DNA of 64,000 bases from the NCBI GenBank assembly GCA_964535935.1, contig CAZHWM010000012.1, positions 65,232 through 129,231 on the forward strand. Reading direction: 5' to 3'. Every line of letters starts with the position of its first letter. The stretch's first letter is position 1. Both the position numbers and the translations under genes were made by a program. The notes under the pieces are model-generated. The model was not told the DNA's origin and did not search any database. It saw nothing but the letters and a program-made list of their open reading frames with translations. This document shows positions 48,280-58,682 of the stretch, one piece after another. Origin of the DNA: an uncultured Planctomycetales bacterium (GTDB lineage: Bacteria > Omnitrophota > Gorgyraeia > Zapsychrales > Zapsychraceae).

Positions 48280-49101
48280 TTAAACACTTCTGATAAGAGA
48301 ACTAATATAAAAATAAAATACAGGGGCTGAAAATAATAAACTATCTATAGCATCTAATACTCCTCCCAAAGCAGGGAGCATTCTACCAGAATCTTTAACG
48401 TTACAATCTCTTTTTATAAGAGATTCTGAAATATCTCCAAGCTGACCTATTCCGCCAAAAAAAGCACCTATTAACACTATTTGCCAAATTTCAAGTCCCA
48501 ATTCTGAAGGCAAAAGAGACCTACCTAATACAGCAGCCATGATACTAAAAAGAAAACTACCTATACTTCCTTCTATAGTTTTGTTTGGGCTAACTCGTGG
48601 CAGAAGAAGATGCCTACCAAACGTGCTACCTATGAGCAATGCCCCGACGTCTCCCATTTTTGTGACAAGCAATATAAAACCTAATAATTTCATCCCGCCT
48701 ACACCCGGCAAGAGAAATCGTATTTTTATGAGAAAACTAAATAACCATGAAACATAAAGAACTCCAAAAAGAGTTGTGGATATCCCAACTATTGCATTTT
48801 TATTCTCTTTTCTTGTAAGCTGCATAAGGAATATTATTAGTAAAACAAGCACAATAAACAATAACTCCCAACCTTTAGTGGGTTCGAATTTAACAAATAT
48901 AGATAAGGGTATCGTTACCCCTATTACTATCCCAGTATAACTGTAAATGGGTATACCCTTCTTTTTTATCAAGTAAAAAAATTCATATAGACCTCCTATT
49001 GTTAAAGCCAAAACTACAAATAAGAGTATCCATTTATTTAACACCGCAAATAATGACAATAATATCATTATTGTAGAACTAATTAATCTATCTTTACTCA
49101 T
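48280..49101 (-). CDS. cdsA: phosphatidate cytidylyltransferase
   Basis: This polytopic membrane protein carries the CDS signature SLIKRDCNVKDSGRMLPALGGVLDAIDS. Confidence 0.85.
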   Translation of the reverse strand: MSKDRLISSTIMILLSLFAVLNKWILLFVVLALTIGGLYEFFYLIKKKGIPIYSYTGIVIGVTIPLSIFVKFEPTKGWELLFIVLVLLIIFLMQLTRKENKNAIVGISTTLFGVLYVSWLFSFLIKIRFLLPGVGGMKLLGFILLVTKMGDVGALLIGSTFGRHLLLPRVSPNKTIEGSIGSFLFSIMAAVLGRSLLPSELGLEIWQIVLIGAFFGGIGQLGDISESLIKRDCNVKDSGRMLPALGGVLDAIDSLLFSAPVFYFYISSLIRSV

Positions 49102-49104
49102 AAT

Positions 49105-49836
49105 CTATTCTCTTTTCAACATAGTCGCGGTTATACTACCAAATCTACGTTCTCTTTTTTGATAATCACTAATGGCCTTTTCAAATTCTTCTTTTGTAAA
49201 TTCAGGCCAATATTTATCCGTAAAATAAAGTTCAGTATAGGAAAGCTGCCATAACAAAAAATTGCTAATCCTTTGTTCTCCTGAAGTTCTGATTAACAAA
49301 TCAGGGTCAGGAAGCATTTTTGTATATAAAGCATCAGAAACTGTATTTTCACAAATTTCATTAATATTTAGATTGCCATTCTTTACTCTGTAGGCTATAT
49401 CTTTTATAGCATCGACAATTTCTCTTCTGGCACCATAGTTAAATGCTAAATTTATTATAAGTCCATTATTATTTTTTGTCTCTTCTTTAACCTTGTTAAT
49501 TGTTTCTAATATAGGGATAGGAACATTATCTGAAACACCTATGGTTTGAAATTGTAAATTATTGTTTTTAAATTTATCGATTTTTTTATTTAGTATAATC
49601 TTTAGTAAATTCATTAACATAGATATTTCTGCATCCGGCCTATGCCAATTTTCAGTAGAGAATGCAAATAGTGTAAGGACTTTTACTCCTATTGAATTTG
49701 CAAAATCTACCACTTCTTCTGCCCGCTTTGCACCTTCAATATGTCCCTGTGTTCTTGGCAGATGGTGCTGTTTTGCCCATCTCCCATTCCCATCCATTAT
49801 TATGGCAACATGTTTTGGTATGCGTTTATCTTTCAT
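49105..49836 (-). CDS. uppS: isoprenyl transferase (undecaprenyl diphosphate synthase)
   Basis: HVAIIMDGNGRWA, TLFAFSTENW, RTSGEQRISNFLLWQLSYTELYF are present. Confidence 0.93.
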   Translation of the reverse strand: MKDKRIPKHVAIIMDGNGRWAKQHHLPRTQGHIEGAKRAEEVVDFANSIGVKVLTLFAFSTENWHRPDAEISMLMNLLKIILNKKIDKFKNNNLQFQTIGVSDNVPIPILETINKVKEETKNNNGLIINLAFNYGARREIVDAIKDIAYRVKNGNLNINEICENTVSDALYTKMLPDPDLLIRTSGEQRISNFLLWQLSYTELYFTDKYWPEFTKEEFEKAISDYQKRERRFGSITATMLKRE

Positions 49837-49887
49837 TTATAATCAATAATTATTTTGATTTTAAACATATAAACATTTTAACTATAT

Positions 49888-49918
49888 TAAAAAAATGGGG
49901 GATCTATATATCCCCCAT
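49888..49918 (-). terminator. rho-independent terminator downstream of the 131-aa coiled-coil gene
   Basis: On the minus strand, AUGGGGGAU-AUAUAG-AUCCCCCAU forms a perfect 9-bp stem with a G/C core and a 6-nt loop. It is immediately followed by UUUUUUUAAUAU. Confidence 0.7.
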
Positions 49919-49966
49919 ATTATAACTTATCGATTTCCCTTCGTCTCTAAAAAAATATCCAATTAA

Positions 49967-50362
49967 TTATTTGGCAGCAGGAACTGCCATAGTTTTTTCT
50001 TCAACAGTATTATTTGCCTTAGCAGCTGTAGATATTGCAACTAATTCCTTTATTTTTGTTTCTAATTGTTTAATTGTATTATTAGCCTTATTTAATCTTT
50101 CACTCAAACTAGAATTATCTGATTTAACTTTCTTTAATATTCTATTTAGCTTTTGTATCTCTATATTAGTTTTCTTTATTTCGCCCTTTAAAGTTAAAAT
50201 TTTTTTATTTGCAAAAGACAAACTTTCTTCTGTCTTTATCCTTTTAAATCTTTCATTATTTAACTTTTGTTGCATCTCTATAGCATTCTGGGCATAACGA
50301 ATCACCAATCCTCCACTTATAACTATCAAAATAATTAATAAGGACATTATAAAGATTCTCAT
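49967..50362 (-). CDS. hypothetical membrane-anchored coiled-coil protein
   Basis: The N-terminal TM is IMSLLIILIVISGGLVI, followed by a continuous heptad-like K/L/N/E sequence. The gene lies immediately downstream of the OmpA-like gene. Confidence 0.45.
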   Translation of the reverse strand: MRIFIMSLLIILIVISGGLVIRYAQNAIEMQQKLNNERFKRIKTEESLSFANKKILTLKGEIKKTNIEIQKLNRILKKVKSDNSSLSERLNKANNTIKQLETKIKELVAISTAAKANNTVEEKTMAVPAAK

Positions 50363-50399
50363 TTCCTTACCGCCTTTCTTTTTGTTTAGTTTATATTAA

Positions 50400-51008
50400 T
50401 TATCGCCCCTTTTTAGTTGTGGGAGGAAGAATTACTATTTCTACACGTCTATTTTTTTGTCTACCAGCAGCTGTCTTATTCGAAGCCACTGGATGATATT
50501 CCCCATAACCTGTAGCTGTAAGACGCCTTGGGTCAACCTTTTTATGCTCAAGATAATGAAGTACACTTAAAGCTCTCGCTACAGATAGTTCCCAATTAGA
50601 TTTCCATTTTGAATATTTAATTGGAACATTATCAGTATGTCCTTCTATGCCCACAGAAGAATCCTTTACTGTAGTATTTAATACCTTTGCTACTTTATCT
50701 AATTTTTTATAGGCATCTTTTCTAAGGGTTGCCTTGCCAGAATCAAACAAAACCTCTGCAACAAAAGTTATCACAAGTCCCTTCTCTAACATCTCTACCT
50801 TAACCTCTTTATCATTTATCTCTTGTTTAAGACGCTGCTCCAGCTGAACTTTAGCCTTTTCCAACTCACTTAATTGTCTTTTCAATTTAGATAACTTTAC
50901 AACATCAATACGTCTACCTTTCTGAAATATAAAAGTACAGCCATTAGCGGCAAGACATATACTAACCACTGTAGTTATTAAGCCGAGATTCTTAAGGAAT
51001 TTAAACAT
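50400..51008 (-). CDS. OmpA/MotB-family peptidoglycan-binding (lipo)protein with a coiled-coil linker
   Basis: The signal/lipobox-like sequence is VVSICLAANGC. The OmpA_C motifs are IEGHTDNVPI, SNWELSVARALSV and RRVEIVI. Confidence 0.8.
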   Translation of the reverse strand: MFKFLKNLGLITTVVSICLAANGCTFIFQKGRRIDVVKLSKLKRQLSELEKAKVQLEQRLKQEINDKEVKVEMLEKGLVITFVAEVLFDSGKATLRKDAYKKLDKVAKVLNTTVKDSSVGIEGHTDNVPIKYSKWKSNWELSVARALSVLHYLEHKKVDPRRLTATGYGEYHPVASNKTAAGRQKNRRVEIVILPPTTKKGR

Positions 51009-51308
51009 ACTTTCCTCCTTTTTTGCCCATTCTAAATTTAGCCGCTATGGTTGTTATTAAAAGGGATATACTATTTTATATAATATATATAAATTATTTT
51101 CCAAGGAAGGATTTATTCGTCGGAGATTATACTTCACCTTAACATAACCTTATATTAAAGTCAAGTAAATTATTTATTTTCCAAGGTTTATAATTTATTA
51201 TAAAATCTTACAATTCTATTAAAACTAAATAATATACTTATTCTATTATTAAAAAATATTTCAAATTTTATTCAGATCTCCCATACAATAAAACATTCTA
51301 TTTTTTCC

Positions 51309-52580
51309 TTAACGAGCAATTATTTCTTCTCTGTCTGAACCAATAGATATATATTTAACCTTAACTTTAAGCAATTTTTCAAGTCTTTCTATATATCTTC
51401 TTGCATTCTTAGGGAGTTTTTTGTAATTACGTATACCTTTTAAAGAAGTTTGCCATCCATCCAGTTCTTCATATATTGGTTTTGCATTACATAAAACCTC
51501 AAAATCAACAGGAAAATCTTTATAAATTCGTCCTTTAAATTTATAGGCTGTACATATCTTTATTTTTTTTAAATCATCTAACACATCAAGTTTCATGATA
51601 GCAAGTTCAGATACCCCATTAACTATAACAGCATATCTTACAAGTACACTATCAAACCAACCACATCGTCGGGGCCTACCTGTAGTAGCTCCAAATTCAT
51701 TTCCTTTTTTTTGAATATCATATTTAAGCCTATCTGAAAATTCAGTTGGAAATGGTCCCGCTCCCACACGGGTAGTATATGCCTTGACACAGGCTATAAC
51801 TTTGTCTATTACATTAGGAGCTACGCCACAACCAGAGCATACTCCCCCAGCGATGGAGTTAGAAGAGGTAACGAAAGGATACGTTCCAAAATCTATATCT
51901 AAAAATGTTCCCTGCGCTCCTTCGAATAATATAGAGTTCTTTTTATTTATAGCTTCATTGAGGTAAAGAGTTGTATCACATATATAGGGCTTTAATTGTC
52001 GGCCGTAAGAAAGATATTTCCTATAGATATCTTCCAGTTTAAATCCTTCACTATTAAAGACCTTTTTTAATATCTCATTTTTTTCTTCTATATTGTCTGC
52101 TAGTTTTTGTTTGAATACCTTTGGATTAAGAAGGTCTATCATTCTTATCCCACATCTTGTTACCTTATCTGCATAACACGGACCAATTCCCCTGCCTGTT
52201 GTCCCTATTTTATTTTTTCTTTTTACTTCTTTTAGACTATCCAGTAATCTGTGATATGGCATAATTAGATGACAACGGTTGGATATTTTAAGCCTTCTTG
52301 GGGTTATATTTACTTTACGAGCATGAAGCTCTTTTATCTCTTTTATAAGTGCCTCGGGATCAACTACTACTCCATTCCCAATAACACAGACTTTATTTTT
52401 ATGTAATATAGCTGAGGGTAATAAATGGAAAATATATACATTATCTCCTATAACTACTGTATGTCCAGCATTGTTACCCCCTTGATAACGAACAGTTATA
52501 TCTAAATCTTCAGAAAGCACATCTATAAGTTTACCTTTCCCCTCATCACCCCATTGAGCACCAACTACAACCAAATTCAT
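51309..52580 (-). CDS. purA: adenylosuccinate synthetase
   Basis: VVVGAQWGDEGKGKLID, GGNNAGHTV, GTTGRGIGPCYADK and GATTGRPRRCGW are present. Confidence 0.96.
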   Translation of the reverse strand: MNLVVVGAQWGDEGKGKLIDVLSEDLDITVRYQGGNNAGHTVVIGDNVYIFHLLPSAILHKNKVCVIGNGVVVDPEALIKEIKELHARKVNITPRRLKISNRCHLIMPYHRLLDSLKEVKRKNKIGTTGRGIGPCYADKVTRCGIRMIDLLNPKVFKQKLADNIEEKNEILKKVFNSEGFKLEDIYRKYLSYGRQLKPYICDTTLYLNEAINKKNSILFEGAQGTFLDIDFGTYPFVTSSNSIAGGVCSGCGVAPNVIDKVIACVKAYTTRVGAGPFPTEFSDRLKYDIQKKGNEFGATTGRPRRCGWFDSVLVRYAVIVNGVSELAIMKLDVLDDLKKIKICTAYKFKGRIYKDFPVDFEVLCNAKPIYEELDGWQTSLKGIRNYKKLPKNARRYIERLEKLLKVKVKYISIGSDREEIIAR

Positions 52581-52649
52581 TTGATAAAATCCTTTCTTAT
52601 AAAGAAAGATATAATTTTCTGGTTACCAGCTAATATAGCTTTATTTAAT

Positions 52650-53462
52650 TTATGCCCCAAATAGATATATGAATCCCACCCCTGAAGAAATAAATAATGC
52701 AGCTGTTATTAGTCTTACATAAATACTATATTTAATCAATAAAGAATCTATTTTTTTTAATTTATTATTATATATATATATTATAGAAAAGAATAATAAT
52801 ATATGTAAGACAATAAAACCTAGATTATAAAGAATAGGTACAAATATTGCGTTAGTATAATCTTTTATCATGATAAAAAAAGAAAATTTAAGGAGAACCA
52901 ACTTATTTAACGTCAGGACAGAATTTAGAAGACTACATAATATACCTGTTATAATGGAGATTACTAATATTACAATGTATGGAAAATTTTGTTTAGTTAC
53001 ATTTGATTTGGAAATGATAGGCATAGGGATAAAAAAAGTACTTCTATGGTCTTTTTTAAACTTAAAATAATCGCAAAGTATTAATATCCCCCATATAAAG
53101 AAAATTATTCCTATTATCTCATATATAAAATGAAAAAGGAGAAAAGATGCTATAAGCCACTTGTCAAATATTCCCAAAAAAGAAAGTATATTAGTAAAAA
53201 ATAATGTTAGGATGAAAGCTATTCCTCCTATTTTTATATTTTTTTTGTTTGAACCAGTAAGAGATAGGAGCATAAATAGAAAAAGTAAAGACGTAATTCC
53301 GCCGACTTTGATACTATCCTGTATACCAATACCTATTATTGGAATTAAATTATATAAAGGAATATCACATCCTTTCTTTTTTATCCATTTACGCAACTCT
53401 CTATTTTCTGTGTTTCCTACCCTAAATCTATATTTATCGGCCTCTATTCTCACCTTCTCCAT
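52650..53462 (-). CDS. hypothetical polytopic membrane protein
   Basis: The protein is 270 aa. A ~35-aa basic N-terminal region is followed by about 6-7 hydrophobic segments. I recognise no family. Confidence 0.45.
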   Translation of the reverse strand: MEKVRIEADKYRFRVGNTENRELRKWIKKKGCDIPLYNLIPIIGIGIQDSIKVGGITSLLFLFMLLSLTGSNKKNIKIGGIAFILTLFFTNILSFLGIFDKWLIASFLLFHFIYEIIGIIFFIWGILILCDYFKFKKDHRSTFFIPMPIISKSNVTKQNFPYIVILVISIITGILCSLLNSVLTLNKLVLLKFSFFIMIKDYTNAIFVPILYNLGFIVLHILLFFSIIYIYNNKLKKIDSLLIKYSIYVRLITAALFISSGVGFIYLFGA

Positions 53463-53484
53463 GAATATATAGGTATCTTTTATA

Positions 53485-55068
53485 TTAAACTTTTAGCAAT
53501 TTTACAAACAATATATCCTTAACTGCACTGAGTCTTCCTATGACTTCTTCCGGGACTTTATTGTCTACGTTTACAACACTCACTGCTAAGCCACCTTGTG
53601 TTTCTCTCCCAAAAGTAATACCTGCAATATTTATTTTAGCATCTCCTAAAATAGTCCCTACTGCCCCTACTATACCGGGTTTATCATTATTATTGATGAA
53701 TAACATATACCCTTCAGGAACCGCCTCAACATAAACTTTATTAACTTTTACTATACGTGGTTGTTTATTCCCTGACAAGGCACCCAGTATGGAAAAATTT
53801 TCTTTATCAGTGACGATCTCTAAATTAACACAATTAACAAATTCTTCTTCTCGTGTAGAATTTATCGTCTCTACTTTGATGCCTCGCTCCTTTGCAAGAT
53901 CAACTGCGTTTATAAAATTAACCGTATCTCCCATGATTGGGGTAAGTAGGCCATTAATTAGGGCAAGACTTATAGGAGCAACTTTATATTCTGTGACAAC
54001 GCCACTGTAAGTTATTTTTACCCCGTTTATTCTTCCATTAATAAGTTGCCCGGCAAATTTACCCATACGAAATGCAAGGTTAATATAAGGTGAAAGTACT
54101 TCATATGCCTCTGGTGTCACAGACGGGAAATTCGCTGCATTCACAATACCCTTGCCAAGCAGGGCATCGCGTATGGTTTCAGCTATTTCAACAGCAACAT
54201 TTACCTGTGCTTCCGAAGTGGATGCCCCGAGATGAGGGGTTGTAACACAATTATCAAATTTGAATAAAACTGAATTAAAGTCAGGGGGTTCCTGTTCATA
54301 TACATCTAAAGCACAACCTGCTATTTTTTTCTCTTCCAGTGCTTTTATTAATGCCTTTTCATCTATAATTCCGCCTCTGGCACAATTTATTATTCGCACG
54401 TTTTTTTTCATTAGAGCAAATTCTTTATCTGATACCATACCCTTAGTCTCAGAGGTTTTGGGTACATGTATTGTTATGTAATCAGACTCTTTTAGAAGGG
54501 TCTCCCATTCTACTACGCGGACTCCTCTCTTTTCAGCTATCTCTACTGATAAAAATGGATCAAAGGCAATAATATTCATCCCAAAGGCTTCAGCAAACTT
54601 TGCAACTGTAGATCCTATTCTCCCCAATCCTATGATACCAAGAGTTTTTCCTCTAAGTTCTACTCCACTAAACTTAGATCTTTCCCATCTCCCTTCTCTT
54701 AAAGAAACATATGCTTGCGGTATGTTCCTTGATAGGGCAAGTATAAGGCTCATAGTATGTTCTGCTGTAGAAGTAGTATTACCTGCTGGAGTATTCATAG
54801 CAACTACACCCTTTTTTGTAGCAGCTTTTAAATCAACATTATCAAGGCCGACACCTGCTCTCCCTATAAATTTCAGTTTTTCTGCTGCCTCTATTATATC
54901 AGCAGTCAACTTAGTACCACTTCTTATAATGATAGCATCATAATCCTTTATGATAGCCTTTAGTTCTTCAGGACTAAGCCCTGTTTTAACATCTACCTCA
55001 AAACTATCAACTGCTTTTAGTATATCAATGCCTTCCTTGGCTAATTTATCACTAATTAAAATCTTCAT
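53485..55068 (-). CDS. serA: D-3-phosphoglycerate dehydrogenase (long form with ASB/ACT domains)
   Basis: GRAGVGLDNVD, GIIGLGRIGSTVA, ARGGIIDE and TPHLGAST are present. The C-terminal ACT-like segment is PGIVGAVGTILGDAKINIA. Confidence 0.93.
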   Translation of the reverse strand: MKILISDKLAKEGIDILKAVDSFEVDVKTGLSPEELKAIIKDYDAIIIRSGTKLTADIIEAAEKLKFIGRAGVGLDNVDLKAATKKGVVAMNTPAGNTTSTAEHTMSLILALSRNIPQAYVSLREGRWERSKFSGVELRGKTLGIIGLGRIGSTVAKFAEAFGMNIIAFDPFLSVEIAEKRGVRVVEWETLLKESDYITIHVPKTSETKGMVSDKEFALMKKNVRIINCARGGIIDEKALIKALEEKKIAGCALDVYEQEPPDFNSVLFKFDNCVTTPHLGASTSEAQVNVAVEIAETIRDALLGKGIVNAANFPSVTPEAYEVLSPYINLAFRMGKFAGQLINGRINGVKITYSGVVTEYKVAPISLALINGLLTPIMGDTVNFINAVDLAKERGIKVETINSTREEEFVNCVNLEIVTDKENFSILGALSGNKQPRIVKVNKVYVEAVPEGYMLFINNNDKPGIVGAVGTILGDAKINIAGITFGRETQGGLAVSVVNVDNKVPEEVIGRLSAVKDILFVKLLKV

Positions 55069-55095
55069 TCTATATCTCCTCCACTATTACTGATG

Positions 55096-56241
55096 TTACT
55101 CTTCCCCATTAAAAAACTCTTGAGCTGTAGCAACACCTACACCTAATTTAAATGAATGTCCTAATTTTTTAAGTACTTTTTCAAGACATGAAATACCGGT
55201 CAATATGTCATATTCATCAATACAGCCCATATGAGCGATACGGATAATTTTGCCTTTTAATTGTGCCTGTCCACCGGCAACTGAGATTCCATATGTATCC
55301 CGCATTAATTTTACTAACTTCCCCCCATCTATACCTTCTGGTAGTTTTATAGCTGTAAGTGCGTTTGATATACATGCCTCATCTGCTAACAAGCTCAACC
55401 CTAAAGCCTTTGCAGCCTTTCTGGTTGCCTCTGCTAGACGTGCGAAGTGGGCAAATCTTTTTTCTAATCCTTCTTCTTTTATAATCCTAAGGCTTTCATT
55501 TAACGCTACTATAATACCTATAGCAGGGGTAAAAGGTGTATCTGGTTTCGAAAAGACCTTTTTGGACTTTCTCAAGTCAAAATAGTATCTGGGTAAAGTA
55601 GCTTTTTCCATCAACGCAGCTGCTTTCTGGTTTACAGCAACAAAGGCCACCCCTGGTGGCAGCATAAACCCTTTATGGGATGCAGATACTGCCACATCCA
55701 CAGCCCAATTATCTGTTTGCATATCCACTACACCCAATCCACTTACAGCGTCAACAATAAGTATCGCATCTGTTTCTTTTACTACATCTGCTATTGCCTT
55801 GATATCAGTAGTAACACCTGTTGATGTTTCACATAATGTGACAAAAACAGCTTTTACATCATTATTTTTTTGTAATAATTCTGCTATTTGTTCTGCCTTA
55901 ACAGCCTTCCCCCATTCTATAGTTATCACTTCTGGTATAAGCCCATATGCCTTGCATAGTTCTGTCCATCGTTCGCCAAACTTACCACCTTCAACAGTAA
56001 TAACCTTATCTCCAGCAGAAAGGAAATTACATACAGCAGCCTCCATCCCTCCTGTCCCAGAAGAGGCAAGTATATATATATCATTTTTTGTCTGAAATAC
56101 ATATTGCAGACCTTCAATAACCTCTTTTAATGCCTCTTGGAATTGTGGTGTTCTATGGTGTATTATAGGTTTTCCTAATGCTTGGCATATTTCTACTGGT
56201 ATATGTGTTGGGCCTGGTGTAAGCAATAAATTTTTCTTCAT
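55096..56241 (-). CDS. class V aminotransferase (serine-pyruvate/phosphoserine aminotransferase type)
   Basis: LLTPGPTHIP, the ETSTGV motif and SASHKGFMLPPG (PLP lysine region) are present. Adjacency to serA suggests a phosphoserine aminotransferase role. Confidence 0.8.
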   Translation of the reverse strand: MKKNLLLTPGPTHIPVEICQALGKPIIHHRTPQFQEALKEVIEGLQYVFQTKNDIYILASSGTGGMEAAVCNFLSAGDKVITVEGGKFGERWTELCKAYGLIPEVITIEWGKAVKAEQIAELLQKNNDVKAVFVTLCETSTGVTTDIKAIADVVKETDAILIVDAVSGLGVVDMQTDNWAVDVAVSASHKGFMLPPGVAFVAVNQKAAALMEKATLPRYYFDLRKSKKVFSKPDTPFTPAIGIIVALNESLRIIKEEGLEKRFAHFARLAEATRKAAKALGLSLLADEACISNALTAIKLPEGIDGGKLVKLMRDTYGISVAGGQAQLKGKIIRIAHMGCIDEYDILTGISCLEKVLKKLGHSFKLGVGVATAQEFFNGEE

Positions 56242-56313
56242 TTAAAACTCTCCTTTTATTTTACATCATCCATAATTTACAGTATTTCTACCTTTTTATC
56301 ATACTTATTTAGA

Positions 56314-56916
56314 CTAACTGCCCTCTGGACTGATTACTTCATCTACCAATCCATATTCCTTAGCCTCATAAGAACTCATAAAAAAATCTCTATCACAATC
56401 TTTTTCTATCTTTTCATAGGATTGTCCGCTGTGTTTGGAAAGCAGTTTAATAAGTTCATCTTTCATCCTTAATATTTCTTTTGCCTGTATAGATATGTCG
56501 CTTGCTGTCCCCTGCGCTCCACCCCATGGTTGATGTATCATAATCCTGGAATAAGGAAGAGCATATCTTTTACCTTTTGTTCCTGCAGATAACAAAAGAG
56601 ACCCCATACTAGCGGCCTGACCTATACAATAGGTGCATACGTCAGGTTTTACAAACTGCATTGTATCATATATAGCTAGTCCTGCAGTGACGGATCCCCC
56701 GGGTGTATTAATATATATATTTATATCTTTTGTGGCATCTTCACTCTGCAAAAATAGTAACTGTGCTATTATAAGATTTGCGACGTTATCGTCTATAGCT
56801 GTACCAATAAATATAATCCTCTCTTTCAAAAGTCGTGAATATATATCATAGGCACGTTCACCATGGCCTGTTTTTTCCACTACCATAGGTACCAATATCT
56901 GATTTTTTGTATCCAT
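56314..56916 (-). CDS. clpP: ATP-dependent Clp protease proteolytic subunit
   Basis: [14 protein letters not shown], the catalytic Ser in [11 protein letters not shown], and the His in MIHQPWGG are present. The ORF track begins at a TTG (56979). The ATG at 56916 is preceded by GAGGGGGGA and is the likely start. Confidence 0.95.
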   Translation of the reverse strand: MDTKNQILVPMVVEKTGHGERAYDIYSRLLKERIIFIGTAIDDNVANLIIAQLLFLQSEDATKDINIYINTPGGSVTAGLAIYDTMQFVKPDVCTYCIGQAASMGSLLLSAGTKGKRYALPYSRIMIHQPWGGAQGTASDISIQAKEILRMKDELIKLLSKHSGQSYEKIEKDCDRDFFMSSYEAKEYGLVDEVISPEGS

Positions 56917-56966
56917 TTTCCATCCCCCCTCATTATCATCATCCAAAAATATAATTTTAAAATAAT

Positions 56967-57854
56967 TTATGTTTGCCAATTTGCCTCTTTTAACAGAAAT
57001 TCCATAACTATGGGGACCAGTCTGTTATCATCTTTTATCTCTATCTCCTCCTGTTCAGCTATTTTCTCAAATATGAGAAATATTTTTACTTCTTTCTCTA
57101 TCTGTTCTTTTAAAATTTTACGCATATTTTCTTCTTTTTCATTAATATCTTTGGCAGGCATACCTTCTGATTTAGCCTTCTTTTTCCATTCAGATATTCT
57201 TCGTTCTATATGTTTGTTAATAAAAGATTGAGATATAGTTAATTGGGCCTTTTTAAGGATATGATTTATAATCTGTTGTTCTACATCTGCACGGTTATGT
57301 CTATCTTTATCTAAAGACATCTGGTTCCTCAATATCTTTTTAAACTCATCAAGATTGGCATACCCCAACTTATGTGCAAAGCTATCATCAATCTGATCTT
57401 CATCCTTAAGCCCCTGTCCCTTTTTGATATACTCCATAGTTTTTTCAAGTTCCTCATCTGTAACCTCTGAATCTTTTCTTTTTATTTTTATCCCTTTATA
57501 ATCCTTTATAGTAACTTCTGGTCTAATATCCAATATAGCTGTAAATTTTAAAATCCCATCATTAAGGCTTACATCTTTTATATCAGGCACATCTAATGGA
57601 ATTATTTTTTCCTTTTTAAGGCCTTCCTGATATACCTCTGGAATAAGTTTTTTTACTGCTTCCTCCCTAGCTACATCGCCATAATGTGCCTCCAATACCT
57701 GTTTTGGAACCTTCCCCGGCCTAAATCCTTTTACCTTAGCACGCTTCCCTATTTCTTTATATGCATCCTCAAGTTTTGGAAGAAATTTTTCCTTTGGAAC
57801 CTCAAATTTTAATTCTCGCTTACTTGGATCTAATTTTTTAACTTCAACTTTCAT
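56967..57854 (-). CDS. tig: trigger factor lacking the PPIase (FKBP) domain
   Basis: The N-terminal ribosome-binding domain carries the signature [13 protein letters not shown]. After the linker, ~[18 protein letters not shown] runs directly into C-domain-like sequence ([21 protein letters not shown]...). The length is 295 aa versus ~430 typical. Confidence 0.8.
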   Translation of the reverse strand: MKVEVKKLDPSKRELKFEVPKEKFLPKLEDAYKEIGKRAKVKGFRPGKVPKQVLEAHYGDVAREEAVKKLIPEVYQEGLKKEKIIPLDVPDIKDVSLNDGILKFTAILDIRPEVTIKDYKGIKIKRKDSEVTDEELEKTMEYIKKGQGLKDEDQIDDSFAHKLGYANLDEFKKILRNQMSLDKDRHNRADVEQQIINHILKKAQLTISQSFINKHIERRISEWKKKAKSEGMPAKDINEKEENMRKILKEQIEKEVKIFLIFEKIAEQEEIEIKDDNRLVPIVMEFLLKEANWQT

Positions 57855-57953
57855 TGCTGTCTTTTCCTTTCATTTAAAAATAAGCTGTTACCTTGTATGT
57901 TTATCTTATGTTTTTCCTTAAGACTATAACCCGATTACATTAATACATAAATG

Positions 57954-58682
57954 CTACATGCTGAATTTCTCTCCTAAATAAATTTTCCTTGCCTCTGGAT
58001 TATTTATTAAATCCTCAGCTGTCCCAGAAATTAAAATACGACCCTCAGCAATTAAATATGCTCTGTCTGTTATCGATAATGTTTCTCTCACATTATGATC
58101 TGTTAAAAGAATGCCTAACCCTCTGTTTTTTAATTCTTTTATAATTTCTTGCGCTTCACTAACCACTATAGGGTCTATCCCGGAAAAAGGCTCATCCAAT
58201 AAAATAAAAGATGGATTAGTAACAAGTGCACGTGTAATCTCAAGCCTTCGTCTTTCCCCACCGGATAGAGTATATGCCTTACTTTTAGCCAAATGAGCAA
58301 TATTAAGTTCTTCTAAAAGTGCATCCAATCTCCTTTGTCTCTCACGAGGACTTATATTAAGTGTTTCTAAAATAGACATGATATTCTCTTCTACTGTAAG
58401 CCTTCTAAAGATAGACGGTTCTTGAGAAAGATATCCCATTCCTAATCGACAACGTTCATGTATCGGCTTATTAGTGATATCTTCACTATCAAAGAATATC
58501 TTCCCTTCAGTAGGTTTGACGATCCCTACTACCATATAAAAAGTGGTAGTTTTACCTGCTCCATTGGGGCCAAGCAACCCTACTATCTCTGAACGGCCTA
58601 CAGAAATATTTACACCATCAACAACTTTTTTGCGGCCATAAACTTTTACGAGATTTTTAGTTTCTAATATGTGTAATGGCAT
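57954..58682 (-). CDS. lptB: LPS export ABC transporter ATP-binding protein
   Basis: GLLGPNGAGKTTTF, YLSQEPSIF, LSGGERRRLEITRAL and ILLDEPFSGIDP are present. Confidence 0.93.
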   Translation of the reverse strand: MPLHILETKNLVKVYGRKKVVDGVNISVGRSEIVGLLGPNGAGKTTTFYMVVGIVKPTEGKIFFDSEDITNKPIHERCRLGMGYLSQEPSIFRRLTVEENIMSILETLNISPRERQRRLDALLEELNIAHLAKSKAYTLSGGERRRLEITRALVTNPSFILLDEPFSGIDPIVVSEAQEIIKELKNRGLGILLTDHNVRETLSITDRAYLIAEGRILISGTAEDLINNPEARKIYLGEKFSM

